From Circinaria calcarea (taxonomy: Eukaryota), in assembly GCA_051942165.1 (NCBI GenBank), contig JAVECS010000027.1, forward strand, positions 1-38,982: DNA of 38,982 bases. Direction: 5' to 3'. Each line of letters opens with the position of its first letter. Position 1 is the stretch's first letter. Under the pieces are notes generated by a model. It had not been told where the DNA came from. It searched no databases and saw nothing but the letters and a program-made list of their open reading frames with translations. A program made the translations under genes and the position numbers. Shown here one piece after another: positions 35,901 to 38,982 of the stretch.

Positions 35901-38218
35901 TTGACAACTTTCAGGGCGAGGAGGCAAAAGTCGTCATCTTCAGTGCCGTTCGCAGCAATGACAGCGGCCGTGTTGGCTTCCTAAAGACGGTGAATCGTGT
36001 TAACGTGGCCTGTAGCCGTGCTCGCGATGGGTTTTACATCATTGGGAACGCGGCTTTGATGAGAGCAGTCGAAGTGTGGGCCAAGATAATTAACGTTTTC
36101 ATGAGGAAGCAGAAAATTGGTCCAAGTTTGAAAATCTGTTGCTCCCGACATCCAGATCAGACCTCTGAAATCCTTGAGCCTGAGCAATTCTCTCAAGTTC
36201 CACCATGCCCATATCCATGTCAAGAACCTCTAAGTTGTGGTCATGCATGCCAGTCTACATGTCACAGCCTTTCAATACACGAGTTGATGCCCTGCATGGA
36301 ACATTGCCAACGAGTGCATACCTGCGGACATCAATGCAAGAAACTGTGTGGCATGCCTTGTGGCAGCTGTACTTATCAACTCCCTCCGATCAAGCTTCAA
36401 TGTGGGCATGAGTACATTCCTAGCTGTGGAGGTGCGTTGGAAGGACTCGAAATAAAATGTCATTTCCCGATTGACAGCATAAAACTACCGTGTGGTCATT
36501 CTAAGGAAGTTCTCTGTTCTTCTAGAGATCAGAAACTAACCTGTGGCGCACCATGTGGAGCTCCCTTATTTTGCGGCCACGAGTGTGCTTCTAGTTGTGC
36601 AGCTTGCTCTTTGGCTCGGGCCCATCCCAGCTGCCAGAGACCTTGCGGAAAGAAAATGAAGTGTGGTCATACTTGTGAAGCACAGTAAGCGTATCTTCAT
36701 TTGCTGTTGTTCTACATTTTTGCTAATTTGATCAGATGTGGTCACGATGGTGCTTGCCCTCCATGTATGAAGCTATGCCAGAAGTCATGCGAGCACGGAA
36801 AGTGTGAACGAGCTTGCAGCAGTATCTGCGATCCCTGTGTCAAACCTTGCAGTTGGGGATGTAAGCACCAAGGCTTGTGCCAGACAAGCTGCAGTCTACC
36901 CTGCGACCGAGTTCCGTGTAGTGAGCCTTGTACCAAGCTCCTTACCTGCTGCATCCATCTGTGCCCTAGCATCTGCGGCGAGAGATGTCCAAAGATCTGC
37001 ACGGAATGCGTGGATGGATACTTTCCCGAACAGCCTCAGATTTGTCTACCTTGTGGTCATTCCTTTGATGTGCAAACTCTTGATTCCCTGTTTGGGGTCA
37101 GCAACGTGTATCGCATCAGCGACGTGGGAGTCATTGATGCTGGTGGGATAATCAACCCGCCATCATCTGTCGGTCTTCGATGCCCTGAATGTGATGAGTC
37201 GGCTAGTGGTACTCGACGTTATGCACTCCTGGACCAGCTTGCAGGACTCCCAGATACAATCGATCGCATGTATGCAAAACTTGGCCGAAAGATGGAAATG
37301 TTTCGCTTTGATATGCTACTCTGTGAAGAGCGCCTGTCCCTTACTATCAAGTCCTTTTGCAAGAAGCTGAGCTCCGGTGCAGGACCTCTGAGCGGCAAAC
37401 GTGATAAAGATATGGTTTGGACCCGAGGGAATACAATGCTAGAAGCACAAACAAAGGTCACAGACTTTCGCGACGATGTCGTGATACCGTTTGAAGGGAG
37501 CATGTCCCGGCTTGCTGCCTTCTTTGACAATCCACAGGTCCTCATCAAGGTCATTCTACCCTTCAGATTGCGTTATGATTTTCTATACTACCGTTGTCGA
37601 GAGGTCACTCTCGAAGATGCCCTTCAGCTCTTCCAACACATGCGAGAGCTGGATCAGACGAGCCGACACATTGCCATCATCACAGAAGGTCTAAGGATCA
37701 AGATTTTGGAGCAGTCCCTCGAGAACATCAGGGGTCTCGCTTCCCGAATCCTCGACTGCGAAGTATCAAATCTGAAGAGGTTAGAAGTAGAATTGCGTCT
37801 CCTCCAGATATCATTTTACATGATCGTCCGTGCCCTCGATACCGACAACGACCTCGACGTCCCGGCAAGCCTAGCGAGGATCCAACAACTCTGCGCCAGG
37901 TACCCTGACACCGCAGGGAATCTGTCCCAAGCGTACCGCTCCCAAAAGGCCTATTACGAAGGCGGTCCTTTGCCGAAGCACTTCCTCGAGTGGAGTCGCA
38001 CCCACGTCGAAGCACTCTGGAAAAAGTGGGGAAGTCACAAAGTGGGCCACTTGCAGTACTGCCGCTTCGGTCACCCGTACTCGACGGAATCGTTCAAGGA
38101 TTGTCCCGAGTGTGGGCGCGAAGCGAAACCGGCGCCGCCGAAGAAGGTTGTGGATTACAACAGCTTCTTGCACGAGGATGCGTTTATGAAGTACCATCAA
38201 GCGATGAAGGCGAAGTAG
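32908..38218 (+). CDS. ZNFX1: NFX1-type zinc-finger UPF1-like SF1 RNA helicase (ZNFX1/Hrr1/SAD-3 family), ~1718 aa, 4 exons
   Basis: Exons 32908-33240, 33295-33784, 33834-36684 and 36736-38218. Motifs: HDNDH..IQILPTTDEI, QGPPGTGKT, TNHALD, VEEAGE, IGDPQQLRP, SLFERL, QRRM, TPYNGQ, TVDNFQGEE, NRVNVACSRA. Followed by many CGH-C NFX1-type Zn fingers, a RING-like CGH..CPEC unit and C-terminal C.FGHPY..CPECG. Confidence 0.92.
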
Positions 38219-38982
38219 GTCCGGAAGGAGGGCCCCGATGGATGGCTAGGGAGGGGGTAGGAGAGATGGCATGGATTGCTATAGCGCTTGTAGGATCAAA
38301 TCAAGGGATTGGCATAGAATCGGGGAGGGCAGAAGTGGCGACTAGAATGGAATGGAATACGACGAGATGATTTTGTTCGCCAGCAAAAACGGGAAGTAGT
38401 GCGGTTGGTTGCTGTGGAATTGCGCCCAGGAATCGGAAAGTGTAGACAGAATGAATGAATGGATGTTGGGTTTGGGAAAGATATGGTACAGGATTTGTGA
38501 AAACTTGCTACATATCTCTTTGGGTTTTAACTCTAACCAGCTTTAAACACGAACTCGAACTGAAGATTACGGAAGTCGTACGTACGTTTGGTTAGGCAGT
38601 AGGCAGACAGATGGATGTGGATTTGATTGTTACCTACCTCGCTCGCTATGTTCTGCGACTCCTCAAATACCTATGAATAACGAAAGTGTGGGGAAAAATA
38701 CAAAAAAGAAAATTACATTCCACGGAGATCAAAAGTGGTGACATTTCAATCTCAATTTCCCATGTTTATGTTCATGTATCTATATCTAAAAACAGCCAGA
38801 CCCATCATGACTTTCATATACATTTTCTACAACATTTCCCAAACTTCCCACCCACTCACCCACTCACCCTGTCACCATCACCATCGCCCTTTTATACCTC
38901 TCCCTCGCCTCTTTTCCCTTTCTGTTTCCGTTTCCCCTCCTCCCGTGAGCTCCCTTCTGCAATTGCAACCCCACTCTCCGCC

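Noticed and set aside
1..38982. CRISPR arrays, rRNA, tRNA, prokaryotic operons
   Set aside because: None seen by eye; the sequence is intron-containing fungal nuclear DNA.

Overview
Eukaryotic, filamentous-ascomycete (Pezizomycotina-type) genomic DNA with short GT-AG introns and CTRAC/CTAAC branch sites. All exon models were built by hand. Left to right: a 3'-partial MAD1-like secreted CFEM adhesin (-), an Ifh1/Crf1-like acidic protein (+) converging on an S6K-type AGC kinase Psk1/Ypk3 (-), and then a ~14 kb accessory-looking interval. That interval holds a TA-flanked MITE, an orphan Ser/Arg/Tyr/Asp-rich ORF, a frameshifted PD-(D/E)XK-like nuclease relic, a small 4-exon secreted RlpA/DPBB (expansin/loosenin-like) gene missed by the ORF track, an intact 4-exon, 1121-aa nitric oxide synthase (oxygenase + flavodoxin + FAD/NAD(P)H reductase in one chain, with an animal-type CxxxxC zinc motif), and a second, decayed MITE. 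The right part holds a probable mitochondrial helical-repeat protein (-), a divergent PARP-type zinc-finger protein (+) and a ZNFX1/Hrr1-like UPF1-family helicase (+). The highlight is the full-length fungal NOS, which has several unusual substitutions at substrate, pterin and nucleotide sites.
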